Shown here: positions 10,784 through 21,902 of the stretch, piece after piece
How the letters are laid out: every line of letters begins with the position of its first letter
Position numbering within the stretch: position 1 is the stretch's first letter
Notes under the pieces: generated by a model
The model's input: the letters and a program-made list of their open reading frames with translations, nothing else
Database searches by the model: none
What the model was told of the DNA's origin: nothing
Position numbers and translations under genes: made by a program
Origin: a bacterium
GTDB lineage: Bacteria > Zhuqueibacterota > Zhuqueibacteria > Residuimicrobiales > Krinioviventaceae
Reading direction: 5' to 3'
NCBI GenBank assembly: GCA_963693055.1
Contig: OY843751.1
Location: forward strand, 2,400,001-2,464,000
DNA length: 64,000 nucleotides

Positions 10784-12136
10784 TTACCATTTCCATTTTA
10801 ATGGAATGTTTACCAGATCAGCTATTTTTACTCTTTCACCTGTTTGAATCGATTTTCTTGCAGCAATACCAATCAGACTGGACATAACTCCGGCCCTGCT
10901 GCCAGCCAGTTTGGAAAGGGGATCAGTCTCACCCGGAACAAATAAAAGTCTTTTCAGTTTTGCATCTGCACCACCGTGTTCACCTTCTCCTTCTTTGAGT
11001 GTCCAGCTACGGGATTTTCCAAAGCTTTTTGAATAGCGCAATTCCGTATCATATTCTACATCCCAGGCTTGTCTCTGGAAATTACGGATATCCAGTCTGC
11101 CATTTTCTCCGTTAAAATGGATAGACTGTCCTTCATAAGGTGCATAAGCATTCAAAGTATAGGCCAAGATGACTCCGCTGTTATATTTAACTTCAACAGT
11201 CATCGAATCATAGGTATCAATATCATTGTCCCAAACACAACCGTCACGCAGGTAGCCGTCTGCATCTTCATTATTGACATACAAATCAACCATACGTTTG
11301 CTTTGTGTGATGTCCCAGTAGAATTTACATTTGCTTGTAAAGGGACAGCTTCTACAATTCCGTCCGCGGAAGGCATTGTTCTTGCCGTAAAAATCGACTT
11401 TACCAAAAGCATGAACTTCTACAGGTTCAGCATCCAGCCACCAGTTCATTTGATCAAAATGGTGCGATGCCTTGTGAACGAGCAAAGACCCGGAATACCT
11501 TGCTTTGCCATGCCATCTCCTGAAATAGCTAGCGCCATGATCAATGTCCAGATATTCATGATACTCTGCAGAAATTATTCTACCCATTTCTCCTGAAAGT
11601 ATGAATTTCTTGATTTCTTCGGCATATGCTGAATGGCGTGCGTTAAAGGTGGTTGTAACGGTTTTACCAGTTCTAATTTCTGCGTCCAGTAATTTTTGGC
11701 ATTGTTCTGATTCTGTTGCCAGTGGTTTTTCAGACATTGCATTGCAACCCAGCTCCAGAGTCCTTACTACATATTGTGCATGGAAGCAATCGGGGGTTGT
11801 TATTATAACCGTATCCGGTTTGGTTTCTTGAATCATCTTTTCAAAATCTTTTGCCTGGTAAAGTGGTGCGTTTGTGCCAATATATCCTTGTGCATATTTT
11901 ACCCGCTTGGGATTAATGTCGCATAATCCTACCATTTCAATATGATCTGGTAATTGTTGCAGCAAACGTCGTCCCCAGGTTTCGCTGCCACGTGAACCAG
12001 TCCCTATTAATGCGATTCGGGTTTTATCTGTAGATGCTTGAGCATTTTTTATAGATCCCATTGCAGCTGCAGCGGCAACCAGTTTTGTACCTTGCCCCAA
12101 AAATTCTCTGCGTGCCATATTTGACTTTTCAGACAT
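10784..12136 (-). CDS. Gfo/Idh/MocA-family oxidoreductase with Tat signal
   Basis: MARREFL leader; ALIGTGSRG, SEKPLA, YFRRWH..SGSLLVHKASHHFD, Cys cluster CRSC....CKF, HGGAD. Confidence 0.9.
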   Translation of the reverse strand: MSEKSNMARREFLGQGTKLVAAAAAMGSIKNAQASTDKTRIALIGTGSRGSETWGRRLLQQLPDHIEMVGLCDINPKRVKYAQGYIGTNAPLYQAKDFEKMIQETKPDTVIITTPDCFHAQYVVRTLELGCNAMSEKPLATESEQCQKLLDAEIRTGKTVTTTFNARHSAYAEEIKKFILSGEMGRIISAEYHEYLDIDHGASYFRRWHGKARYSGSLLVHKASHHFDQMNWWLDAEPVEVHAFGKVDFYGKNNAFRGRNCRSCPFTSKCKFYWDITQSKRMVDLYVNNEDADGYLRDGCVWDNDIDTYDSMTVEVKYNSGVILAYTLNAYAPYEGQSIHFNGENGRLDIRNFQRQAWDVEYDTELRYSKSFGKSRSWTLKEGEGEHGGADAKLKRLLFVPGETDPLSKLAGSRAGVMSSLIGIAARKSIQTGERVKIADLVNIPLKWKW

Positions 12137-12446
12137 TTTAGACTCCCTGTAATATTGTTTACTACCTATGATTTGTCTAACTGAAAATAAGAAACAGATT
12201 TATATTTATAAAATTAAGAAATAAATTTATTGTAAAAGAATATCTCAATTGCACGTAGGTATATGTATTTAAAATAGCTAATTTGTTATCATGAGTCAAG
12301 TATAAATATTTTCTTACAATTGGGGTAGTTATTTTCTGAATGGATTACGTCCGCAATATGATTTCTTAATTCATTTATTGCATTCATATAATTAAATGAT
12401 TATTTTTATTTAATTCATTCAAGAAAACACATCAGTTGGAGGGATT

Positions 12447-13460
12447 TTGAAAAAGTTAACTTTCCTACTACTTATCCTCATGATTTCTATCTTGTCTTGT
12501 AAAAATGCACCTGTTAACAAGGGTAAACCTGCGCCAAAACCGTTGTACCGTGATCCTATTTTTGATGGAACTGCTGATCCGGTTGTATTGTGGAACCAGC
12601 ATGAAAAAAAATGGTTCATGTTTTATACTAATCGTAGAGCAAATGCAAAAGGTGAAACCGGGGTAACCTGGGTACATGGTACACGTATAGGCTTGGCCGA
12701 ATCCTTTGATAATGGTGCCACCTGGAGATACAGGGGGACCTGTAATATCCCATTGCGTACAGATGAGGATACTCACTGGGCACCGGAGGTCATTGAACAT
12801 GATGGTGTATACCATATGTACCTTACATATGTCCCCGGCATTTTTCAAAATTGGGACCATCCACGCTATATAGAACATCTTACCAGTACAAACATGATCG
12901 ATTGGAAGATAGAGTCGCGGTTGAATTTGGTTAACGAAAAAGTTATTGATGCCTGCGTTTTTAGATTACCTGATGGAACTTGGCGTATGTGGTACAATAA
13001 TGAGATTGACGGTAAATCCATTTATTATGCAGACAGCAAAGATCTTGATACCTGGGAAGATAAAGGTAAAGCTATTGGAGATCAGAGTGGTGAAGGCCCC
13101 AAGGTTTTTTCATGGCATGATTCCTATTGGATGGTTACCGATGTGTGGGACGGACTCGCACTTTATAAATCTGATGATCTGCTTGATTGGAAACGCCAGC
13201 CCGGGAATTTGCTACAGGGTGTGGGGATAGGCAAAGATGATGGTGTAAATGGCCAACACCCGGATGTGGTTGTAAATAATGGCAGAGCTTATTTGTTCTA
13301 TTTTACCCATCCCGGACGGGTAGATTCAATTCCCCGTAGTGACTGGTATCAAAAACGACGCAGTTCTATACAGGTTGTAGAGCTTGAATATAAAAACGAC
13401 AAGATCACATGCGACAGGGATAAAACCACATATATTAATCTGTTACCACCAATAAAATAA
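12447..13460 (+). CDS. GH43-like five-bladed beta-propeller glycoside hydrolase, lipoprotein
   Basis: Lipobox ILSC; GTADPVV, WAPEV, VIDACV, GEGPKV, GQHPDV acidic motifs. Confidence 0.8.
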   Translation: MKKLTFLLLILMISILSCKNAPVNKGKPAPKPLYRDPIFDGTADPVVLWNQHEKKWFMFYTNRRANAKGETGVTWVHGTRIGLAESFDNGATWRYRGTCNIPLRTDEDTHWAPEVIEHDGVYHMYLTYVPGIFQNWDHPRYIEHLTSTNMIDWKIESRLNLVNEKVIDACVFRLPDGTWRMWYNNEIDGKSIYYADSKDLDTWEDKGKAIGDQSGEGPKVFSWHDSYWMVTDVWDGLALYKSDDLLDWKRQPGNLLQGVGIGKDDGVNGQHPDVVVNNGRAYLFYFTHPGRVDSIPRSDWYQKRRSSIQVVELEYKNDKITCDRDKTTYINLLPPIK

Positions 13461-13490
13461 AAGTATTAGAGTAGATATTGGGAGTTTTAG

Positions 13491-14465
13491 ATGAGAAAAT
13501 TAATTGTATTGAGTTTAATTCTGTATTCTATACTTTTAGCACAACCCAAAGCAGAGAATATAAACCTTGATGATATAAAAATGAGAGATGTTTGTATTTT
13601 AGCAGATGATGCAACGCAAACCTATTATATGATTGGCCCGGCATGGCGTAATGGAGTAAGAGCATATACCAGTAAGGATTTAAAAAACTGGTATGGCCCA
13701 ACAGTGATTTTTCAGGCTCCTGATGATATTTGGGGTGATATTGAAATACGTGGTATCTGGGCACCCGAGTTGCATAAATACAAGGGGAAATATTACCTTT
13801 TTCTCACGTTTAATACCAACAACGAATTTCTTGAACAATGGCGTGACTGGCTCCCAAGAGTTACCCGTGGCTCTCAGGTACTTGAGGCTGATTCTCCCAT
13901 GGGTCCCTTTAAACCCTTTCAAAATCGTTCTACACTTCCACCAGATATGATGACTTTGGATGGCACACTTTGGGAAGAGGATGACACTCCATACATGGTA
14001 TTTTGTCATGAATGGGTACAAATCAAAGATGGTACTGTGGAATATGTACAATTAAAAGATGATCTTTCTGAAATTGTAGGCGAGCCCAAGCGTCTTTTTG
14101 ACGGTAGTGATGCGGTGTGGAGTCAAAAATCTCCTCAATATGGATGTCATGTGACTGATGGCCCTTATCTGTATACCGGCAAGACCGGCAAGCTCTATAT
14201 GATCTGGACTAGCGGTGGATATACGGGATATACGTGTGGTATTGCTATTTCACAGTCAGGCAAGCTGGAAGGTCTCTGGGAGCAACAGGAAGAACCTTTG
14301 TATGGTGAGGATGGCGGGCATGGAATGCTGTTTACAACTTTTGACGGCAAACTGATGATGGTATTGCATTCACCCAATAATCGTGATGCTCAACCCAGAC
14401 TTTTTGAAATGGAAGACACGGGTGAAACATTAAAGGTTGTTAAACCCTTTACTGGACGAGAATAA
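13491..14465 (+). CDS. GH43 glycoside hydrolase
   Basis: Signal peptide; MRDVCI, WAPELH, TLDGTL, VTDGPY, DGGHGMLF. Confidence 0.85.
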   Translation: MRKLIVLSLILYSILLAQPKAENINLDDIKMRDVCILADDATQTYYMIGPAWRNGVRAYTSKDLKNWYGPTVIFQAPDDIWGDIEIRGIWAPELHKYKGKYYLFLTFNTNNEFLEQWRDWLPRVTRGSQVLEADSPMGPFKPFQNRSTLPPDMMTLDGTLWEEDDTPYMVFCHEWVQIKDGTVEYVQLKDDLSEIVGEPKRLFDGSDAVWSQKSPQYGCHVTDGPYLYTGKTGKLYMIWTSGGYTGYTCGIAISQSGKLEGLWEQQEEPLYGEDGGHGMLFTTFDGKLMMVLHSPNNRDAQPRLFEMEDTGETLKVVKPFTGRE

Positions 14466-14514
14466 ATATTTTATTAAATCAATTGTCTTGCTCGTTTTTC
14501 TTTAAGGTATAATA

Positions 14515-15735
14515 ATGGTTAAAATCAAAACTGCCCTAAGATCCATAGGTCCAGGATTCATCACTGCTTCGGTAGTACTGGGCCCTGGAAGTATTGCTGT
14601 TGCTTCGCGAATTGGTTCAGTATATGGTTACGCTCTGTTGTGGATCATTTTAATCGCTGCGATCAGTATGGGGATCTTTACAGCAATGGGTACCCGGTTT
14701 GCCATTGCGTCAAATTCTTCTATTTTAAAAGCCATTAAAGACGTATATGGTAAATGGTTTGCCGGTCTTATTGGCATTTCTGCTTTTATGGCGGCAGCGA
14801 GTTTTCAATTCGGCAATAATCTGGGAATTGCTACAGCCATGCACGGATTAACAGGAATTGGGATCAATATCTGGCCTCTTGTTTTTACTCCATTGGGTTT
14901 AATTCTTTTATTCTGGGCAAAGAATGTTTATGCTATTATAGAAAAATTAATGATGGCTCTCGTGATGGTTATGATTCTTGCTTTTATAACCAATTTGTTT
15001 TTTGTAAAGCCCCATCTTTTTAATATTCTTAAAGGCTTTAATCCGTTTTCATTTCAAACCAGCCAGTTGGATGAAATCGCTGCACTGGTTGCTACCACTT
15101 TTAGCCTGAATGCCTGTATATACCAGTCTTATCTGGTTCGCAATAAGGGGTGGGGGAAAAGTGATCTTAAAACCGGAATTCGTGATACTGTAGCCGGTAT
15201 AACCGTTTTAGGGTTAATTTCAAGTTTTATCATCATCACATCTGCTACTGCCCTAAAACCCCAGGGAATAACCGTAGCAACTGCAGGAGATATGGCGATA
15301 CAACTCGAATCATTATTTGGGAGTTTTTCCAAGTATATTTTTAGTTTGGGATTGTGTGCCGCAGCGTTTTCTTCACTATTAGTCAATGCTGTTATTGGTG
15401 GTGGACTTTTATCAGATAGCTTGGGATATGGACGATCCATGCAGGATAAAGTGCCCAAAATATTGTCTGCAATTATTATGATCATAGGTATGACTATCGC
15501 TGTTTTTTTCAAGGGGAACATTGTCTATGCTCTGGTAATGGCTCAGGCATCTTCATTGCTGGCGATACCTTCTGTAGGATTGGGATTATTTTTAATTGCC
15601 AATAATAAAAAGATAATGGGTGATTTGAAAAACACCAAAACACAAAACGTTTATGCTTTATTTGGATTTATATTAATAATTATTATGGTAATTTATATGT
15701 TTTCCAAAGTGTTTAACATGATCAAAGCTTTGTAA
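14515..15735 (+). CDS. NRAMP-like (YcsG-type) membrane transporter
   Basis: About 11 hydrophobic segments; IGPGFITASVVLGPGS and FQFGNNLG. Lacks the canonical DPGN metal motif. Confidence 0.8.
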   Translation: MVKIKTALRSIGPGFITASVVLGPGSIAVASRIGSVYGYALLWIILIAAISMGIFTAMGTRFAIASNSSILKAIKDVYGKWFAGLIGISAFMAAASFQFGNNLGIATAMHGLTGIGINIWPLVFTPLGLILLFWAKNVYAIIEKLMMALVMVMILAFITNLFFVKPHLFNILKGFNPFSFQTSQLDEIAALVATTFSLNACIYQSYLVRNKGWGKSDLKTGIRDTVAGITVLGLISSFIIITSATALKPQGITVATAGDMAIQLESLFGSFSKYIFSLGLCAAAFSSLLVNAVIGGGLLSDSLGYGRSMQDKVPKILSAIIMIIGMTIAVFFKGNIVYALVMAQASSLLAIPSVGLGLFLIANNKKIMGDLKNTKTQNVYALFGFILIIIMVIYMFSKVFNMIKAL

Positions 15736-15784
15736 TAAATTAGAAAAATAAACTGGTTTTTATCAATAATATCAAGCAGGTAGT

Positions 15785-17824
15785 ATGAAAAACATATTAT
15801 TATTCCTCTTGCCCGTTATATTATTCAATTGTACGCACAAAGATTCTAATACTGTTCATTATGAGAATTCATTATGTAAACTGGAATATAATAATCCGGG
15901 ATTACTGGTTGATCTTGATGCAGGATTTAAAGCTTTACCCATGCCAATGGATTTTGATGGTGATGGAGATACGGATTTATTGATTTCAGAATCGGGTAGT
16001 TATGCAGAGTCCGGTATATTTTATTTTGAAAATATCAGTGGAAATGTGGAAATGCCGGTTTTCAGGCGGGCAATGAAAGTGTCTTATGAGAGAAGACGCC
16101 TGGGTTCTGATGGAAGCTTGTTCCAGGTATCAACCTTGAATGGTGGAACACATGTAATAACACCGGACAATGTACGCGAAAAGCTATTGATCTATCGTAA
16201 TGTTCCACAGAATGTTTTCTGGGATATGAATGAGATTGTGCTACCCAATAAGGGATATGATTATTTACACAGTTTTAAATTAACCCAATGGCTTTTGATT
16301 GATTTTGATGGTGATGACATAAAAGATCTGTTGTGTTCTGCCGCTAGTCCACACATAACAACTTTACGTGGTGCGGGCTCATTACAGAGACAGCAAGCTT
16401 TTGACAAACTCCCCAAACATTCACAGTTATTATTTTTCAAGAACAAAGGTACCGATATTGATCCGGTATTTGTGGATCCGGTTGAAATATTAAAACAAAA
16501 TGGCGAGTCCCTGGCATCAGAACTTTCTGTTAAACCTACCTTTGCTGATTATGATAATGATGGAGACGTAGACTATATTGCTATAGGTCTGGTTGATAAA
16601 CAGTTTAAATTTTTTGAAAATATAGGTACTCTTGAAAAATATCTTTTTTCAGAGGGAAAAACGATATCATTCAACGGAAATCCTGTCTATATGGAATCTC
16701 GTGCTACGATTCATTCCACAGCCATAGACTGGAACAAGGACGGGCGTGTAGATCTCATTGCCGGAGATGAGGATGGTAAAATATCTTATTTGAAAAATGT
16801 AGGCAAATCAGAGAAAGGGGTATTGCAATTTGAACCACCCCGTTTTTTTCGGCAGGAAGCAAAGTATGTTGATTTTGGTGCATTGACTGCTCCACGAGTA
16901 TTTGATTGGGATGGCGATGGACTTGATGATATTGTTAGCGGCAATGGAGTGGGGCATATAGGGTTTATCAAAAATCTGGGTGGCAAAGTGCCGGTTTGGG
17001 ATGCTCCTAAATTACTCACTGTAAATGATGAACCTATCCGAATTATTCCTGATAAAGCTTTATGGGGATACACTACGATTGATGTTGCAGACTGGGATCA
17101 TGATGATCTACCCGATATTCTGGTGAATCATCATCATGGGAATGTTTTATGGTTTAGGAATATTGGAACACGCACATCCCCCAAACTGTCAGAACCGCAA
17201 CCCATTACCGTACAATGGGGAGATAATGGACCTTTAAGGCCGGCATGGGTCCCCGGAACAGCACAAGACAATGAATTGCTTGCGCAATGGAGAACATCAC
17301 CTCTGGTACGTGATTTTAATGAGGATGGTCTTAATGATCTGGCTATGTTGGACCATGAGGGATATCTTGCTGTTTATTTGCGATATCGTGATGAGAACGG
17401 CACTTTGCAGCTAAATTCCTCAGAACGTCGTTTTGTTAATCCCTCCGGTGAGCCCATCTTGCTGAATCAGCGCACAGGTTCCAGTAGCGGGCGATTAAAG
17501 ATTACCTTTGCTGACTGGGATGGTGATGGTCTGGATGATTTGATTATTTCATCCAAACCCGCAGTTGACTGGATGAAAAACATGGGGACCCGTGATGGAA
17601 ATATGGTTCTGCAATATATGGGAAGGGTGTTATCTCGTACACTCATGGGTCATACTGATGGTCCTGTTGTTTCTGACTGGAATCGTGATGGTATTCCTGA
17701 TCTTTTGGTGGGAACCGAAACAGGTACATTTTATTACTGGCAGCGGAGTAGTTATGATATAACGACAACAATGACTACAACGGGAAAACAGGTACCAGCA
17801 AACTATTCATATTTCAAGCGGTAG
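15785..17824 (+). CDS. FG-GAP/VCBS-repeat lipoprotein
   Basis: Lipobox LFNC; about nine repeats D(F/W/Y)DxDGxxDL. Confidence 0.85.
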   Translation: MKNILLFLLPVILFNCTHKDSNTVHYENSLCKLEYNNPGLLVDLDAGFKALPMPMDFDGDGDTDLLISESGSYAESGIFYFENISGNVEMPVFRRAMKVSYERRRLGSDGSLFQVSTLNGGTHVITPDNVREKLLIYRNVPQNVFWDMNEIVLPNKGYDYLHSFKLTQWLLIDFDGDDIKDLLCSAASPHITTLRGAGSLQRQQAFDKLPKHSQLLFFKNKGTDIDPVFVDPVEILKQNGESLASELSVKPTFADYDNDGDVDYIAIGLVDKQFKFFENIGTLEKYLFSEGKTISFNGNPVYMESRATIHSTAIDWNKDGRVDLIAGDEDGKISYLKNVGKSEKGVLQFEPPRFFRQEAKYVDFGALTAPRVFDWDGDGLDDIVSGNGVGHIGFIKNLGGKVPVWDAPKLLTVNDEPIRIIPDKALWGYTTIDVADWDHDDLPDILVNHHHGNVLWFRNIGTRTSPKLSEPQPITVQWGDNGPLRPAWVPGTAQDNELLAQWRTSPLVRDFNEDGLNDLAMLDHEGYLAVYLRYRDENGTLQLNSSERRFVNPSGEPILLNQRTGSSSGRLKITFADWDGDGLDDLIISSKPAVDWMKNMGTRDGNMVLQYMGRVLSRTLMGHTDGPVVSDWNRDGIPDLLVGTETGTFYYWQRSSYDITTTMTTTGKQVPANYSYFKR

Positions 17825-17831
17825 GAGAGCA

Positions 17832-18197
17832 TTGCTCGTGCCTGTTCAATATATCGGCTGTTGTGGCGCGTTCTGCAAAACCTGTCCCGAGTATGTCAAC
17901 TCGAATTGTAAAGGATGCAAACTGGGATATGATGATGGCAAACGGGATATCAATAAAGCCAGATGTAAAATAAAACTCTGCTGTTTTCGTGACAAGCAGT
18001 TATCTACTTGTGTAGATTGTGCTGAATTGGATACATGCAATGTTATACAATCCTGGTTCAGTAAAAATGGCTATAAATACAGAAAATACCAGGAATCCAT
18101 AAAATTCATCCGTCAATTTGGATATGATAGATTTTTAGTTTTTGCAAACAGTTGGAAACGTCACTACGGCAAGCTGGATTGGGATCCAGAACAATAA
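17832..18197 (+). CDS. DUF3795-like small Cys-rich metal-binding protein
   Basis: CCG..C..CP...CKGCK...CKIK.CC......C.DC....C pattern. Confidence 0.75.
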   Translation: MLVPVQYIGCCGAFCKTCPEYVNSNCKGCKLGYDDGKRDINKARCKIKLCCFRDKQLSTCVDCAELDTCNVIQSWFSKNGYKYRKYQESIKFIRQFGYDRFLVFANSWKRHYGKLDWDPEQ

Positions 18198-18361
18198 ACT
18201 CTATTCAATAATTTTTGTTAGAGAACAAGGATTATGCAAAAAAAATCATTGTTCTTTAGGCATGTTTCTCTTATTTTACTTTTAATAATATGTCATTATA
18301 AATACAAATTTTAATTGATAGTGGTTGCAGTACGGTTGTGAAATTCAAAAAGAGGCTACCT

Positions 18362-21300
18362 ATGAAATTCCTATGTCGCGATTCCAAAAATTTTCCCCGA
18401 TTATTGTTTTTTACTTTATTCTTGTTTTTTATCAGTACTCATTTTTCTTTGTTTGCTGCTGAATGGCAGAAAAAGTATGATTATGATCAGACCCGTCAAC
18501 AGTTTGAGCAACCGCCGTTATGGTATGCACCCCATGCATTCTGGTTCTGGGATGATACTCTGGATGTTTCTGTAGCTGAATCTATGGCTAAAGAAATGAC
18601 AACGCAGCGTTTGAATCCCGGTTACGCGCATCCACGTCATAGTGATGCGCCAGACAAACCATACCCATCCTTACCCAAAGCAGAATGGTTGTCCCCAAAA
18701 TGGTTCGAATGCTTTTCTGCCGCATTGACTAATTCTGAAAAAGCAGGAATGACACTGGGTTACTGTGATGAATACTGGTGGCCCAGTGGTCAGGCAGCTG
18801 GCAGGGTATTGGAACAACATCCCGAGTTGGCTTCCCAATCCCTCTCTTGGAAACGTCAGGTCTTTCAAGGCCCCAAAGTTGTTAACTTACCAGATAACAA
18901 GTTTACAGTTGCAGCTCAATTAAATGATAAAGATACAATTATTGCCAACACTCTACAGGCTATTGGTGAGGGTGGTTCTTTTAACTGGAATGTTCCCGCA
19001 GGTAAATGGGTGATATATTCATATTCAATCTATCATCACCCTGGTGTAGACAATGGTCAAGTAAATTACCTGGATCCCAAGTTAATGGATGTGTTTATTC
19101 CCATTGCTCACGAGTCTTATGAAAAATCATTAAAAGATAAGATGGGCAATTCAATTCCCGGTGTGTTTGTGGACAATGAGGGCGATTATGGTTGGCAAAT
19201 GGCTTGGTCAGAATATCTGCCTGTACGCTATAAGGAAATGAAGAATCGTGATATTCGTTTGTGGATGCCATTGCTTACCGAGGAGGACGAAAGCGGACTG
19301 TGGGCAAAAGCAAGATATGACTGGTTTGATGTGGTTTCTGATATCTATTCCAACCAATTTTTGGGCAGGCTAAGTAATTGGCTGGAAAAACGAGATATGT
19401 ATTATATCTCTAATTTATGGGAAGAAGATTTAATGCTTCAAACCCGTGCGGTGGGTGATTTTATGCGCGCGCAGCGTGCAGTTTCACTACCCGGGAATGA
19501 TTGTTTGCAAATGAAATCGCTACAGGTTCATGATTTCAAGGAAACCCAATCTGTTTGCGAGTTTGAAAATCGTCCCTTTATGAGCGAGTTGATGGGGGTA
19601 GCCGGCTGGGAGCAAACACCGGTTCAAATGAAAATGACCCTGAACGCCGTTACTGCATGGGGTATAACCCATACGGTACCTCATGGTATTAATTTAAACC
19701 GACAAGTTGAAACCATTCCTTTTCCTGCTGACTGGTTTTCGGAAAATCCATTTTGGCGCTATCTGCATCTTTGGACAGATTTTGCGCGTCGTGCTTCATT
19801 TGTTAACCGGCAAGGGAAATTGGTTGCAGATATCTTGCTTGTTAATCCATTTGAAAGTGCATGGGCATTGTCTGAAGGATATTTTACCAGTCATGATGGT
19901 AAAGAATGGCCGGATAAAGTTATTGAAATAAATAATACCTATTCCGATGCGATGCAAGTCCTTTCAAATTCCCGTTTGGACTATTTGATTGCAGACAAGT
20001 ATTATTTGGAAAAGGCAACCATTACAAAATCTACACAAAAAAGTGTTTCTCCGGAATTGAATATTGCTGATCATAATTTTTCCGTTATTGTTCTACCACC
20101 AATGTTTATTTTGTCTCAATCTTTAGCTCAAAAGATACTGGATTTTGCAAATAGTGGTGGTACAGTTGTTTTATTGGGCGATTTACCACAGGGCTCTCCT
20201 GAGGTTGGTTCCAATGATCCTGTAATTGTTTCCAAATTTGAGAATCTGGTTTCTCTACCCTCTGTAATCAATTTGGCAAATGACCCGGAAAAGATTAACC
20301 TACTCCCCGCAAAAATCAAGGATGTAATCACTCCTCAGGTTGAAATGCGATCTGGTGATTTTCCATTGTTGGTATCTCACCGCAAAATAGATGGTAAGGA
20401 TTTCTATTGGATGGTGAACAATACCAATCAGAAACAAATCTGTTCACTCTTGTTGCGAGATGGTTCCGGTAAAGCAGAGATTTGGGATTGTGAAACGGGT
20501 GATATACGTAATGTTTCTTCTGGTACAATAGATAACCGGGTTAAAGTTGATCTGTCATTTCAACCGTATGAAGCATACTGGGTTGTTCTGGATCCCGCTG
20601 AGAAGTCTGTCAATTTTGCTGAAAATGATTCCAAGTTGAAAGAAATTCAACTTGGCAGCAATTGGTCAGTTTCGTTTCCTGAAACAGATTCTGTACTGGT
20701 AACATCCGCCAGATCTTTTATTTCTCTAAATGAAAACAATTTACCGAATGTACTGGAACCGGATTTTGATGATTCAAACTGGCGTAATCTCAATATATTG
20801 GGTGAAACGCGGTTTATTGATACCTGGCGCGCTAAAATGTTATATATCCCATTTGCTGACACTAGACGTTATTATAGATATAACTTTGATTTGAACGATG
20901 ATGTGGAAAAATCACTCATCAATATAAACGCTGATAACAGTGTGCGTTTCTGGGTTAATGGTACAGCAGTTGAGCCGGGTTTTCTTTCAAGCAGTATGAG
21001 GGATGCGGATATACATGATATTTCACCATTGTTGAAAAAAGGCAAGAATTGTATTGCAGTAGAAGCTACCAACCGTCCCGGATTTGGTTGGATGTTGTTT
21101 CAAGGACAAATTCTCTTGAAAAATGGAACAATCATTGAAATCCTTTCAGATTCTACATGGAAGGAATCGGAAACAGAGACCCCAGGATGGTACACGCTGG
21201 ATTTTAATGATGCTGCATGGGGTCAACCCCTTTTGGCTAATGAGTTGCAAATGCAAGAAATTGCTAAAATGCGGGAACCGCAAAAATTGGTTCCTTCCAC

Positions 21301-21898
21301 AGGAATACTGTGGTGGCGAATGGGAATCCCTCCCGGTGCAAATACATGTCGGCTTTATGGCTTGTCCAAAAAAGCGGAAATGTTTATTGACGGTAATAAA
21401 ATCAAAGCCCATAATAATTTAATTTCTATTCCCTCTGATGCAAAGGTGCTGGTTGTTAAAAATTATATGGGTGAAAACGGTTTGTCACAACCCGCTGCAT
21501 TTTATTGTGAGAATTCCAGTAACAGACAGCTTTGTTCATGGATCGATATGGGATTAAGAAGATTTACCGGTTTTGTTGATTATGAAACAAGTTTTAATGT
21601 CACTGATAATAATTCCAAATTGCAAATAGATCTGGGCAAAGTTTTGCATATGGCTGAAGTTTGGGTCAATGATGAAAAGGTTGGCGAACGTTTGTGGCCA
21701 CCTTTTACATTTACCGTCAAGACTCCAGTCAAGAAAGGTGAAAATACGCTACGCGTTCGAGTTGGAAATTTAATGGTTAATGAAATGGGACTCAAAGATG
21801 ATCTGGGAGAGCTTCGTACCTGGGGATGGGTGGGTACACCACCAGATTCCTGTTATGTTGCCGGTTTGTTTGGCCCTGTCAAGTTGTATGTTGAATGA
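18362..21898 (+). CDS. GH106 (alpha-L-rhamnosidase-like) multidomain glycoside hydrolase
   Basis: FWFW, YCDEYWWPSG.AAG, GVFVDNEG, MSE..G..GW; beta-sandwich insert (NADN.V.F.VNG); C-terminal IDLG.V...AEV.VN..GL.GPV. Confidence 0.8.
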   Translation: MKFLCRDSKNFPRLLFFTLFLFFISTHFSLFAAEWQKKYDYDQTRQQFEQPPLWYAPHAFWFWDDTLDVSVAESMAKEMTTQRLNPGYAHPRHSDAPDKPYPSLPKAEWLSPKWFECFSAALTNSEKAGMTLGYCDEYWWPSGQAAGRVLEQHPELASQSLSWKRQVFQGPKVVNLPDNKFTVAAQLNDKDTIIANTLQAIGEGGSFNWNVPAGKWVIYSYSIYHHPGVDNGQVNYLDPKLMDVFIPIAHESYEKSLKDKMGNSIPGVFVDNEGDYGWQMAWSEYLPVRYKEMKNRDIRLWMPLLTEEDESGLWAKARYDWFDVVSDIYSNQFLGRLSNWLEKRDMYYISNLWEEDLMLQTRAVGDFMRAQRAVSLPGNDCLQMKSLQVHDFKETQSVCEFENRPFMSELMGVAGWEQTPVQMKMTLNAVTAWGITHTVPHGINLNRQVETIPFPADWFSENPFWRYLHLWTDFARRASFVNRQGKLVADILLVNPFESAWALSEGYFTSHDGKEWPDKVIEINNTYSDAMQVLSNSRLDYLIADKYYLEKATITKSTQKSVSPELNIADHNFSVIVLPPMFILSQSLAQKILDFANSGGTVVLLGDLPQGSPEVGSNDPVIVSKFENLVSLPSVINLANDPEKINLLPAKIKDVITPQVEMRSGDFPLLVSHRKIDGKDFYWMVNNTNQKQICSLLLRDGSGKAEIWDCETGDIRNVSSGTIDNRVKVDLSFQPYEAYWVVLDPAEKSVNFAENDSKLKEIQLGSNWSVSFPETDSVLVTSARSFISLNENNLPNVLEPDFDDSNWRNLNILGETRFIDTWRAKMLYIPFADTRRYYRYNFDLNDDVEKSLININADNSVRFWVNGTAVEPGFLSSSMRDADIHDISPLLKKGKNCIAVEATNRPGFGWMLFQGQILLKNGTIIEILSDSTWKESETETPGWYTLDFNDAAWGQPLLANELQMQEIAKMREPQKLVPSTGILWWRMGIPPGANTCRLYGLSKKAEMFIDGNKIKAHNNLISIPSDAKVLVVKNYMGENGLSQPAAFYCENSSNRQLCSWIDMGLRRFTGFVDYETSFNVTDNNSKLQIDLGKVLHMAEVWVNDEKVGERLWPPFTFTVKTPVKKGENTLRVRVGNLMVNEMGLKDDLGELRTWGWVGTPPDSCYVAGLFGPVKLYVE

Positions 21899-21902
21899 TA
21901 TT

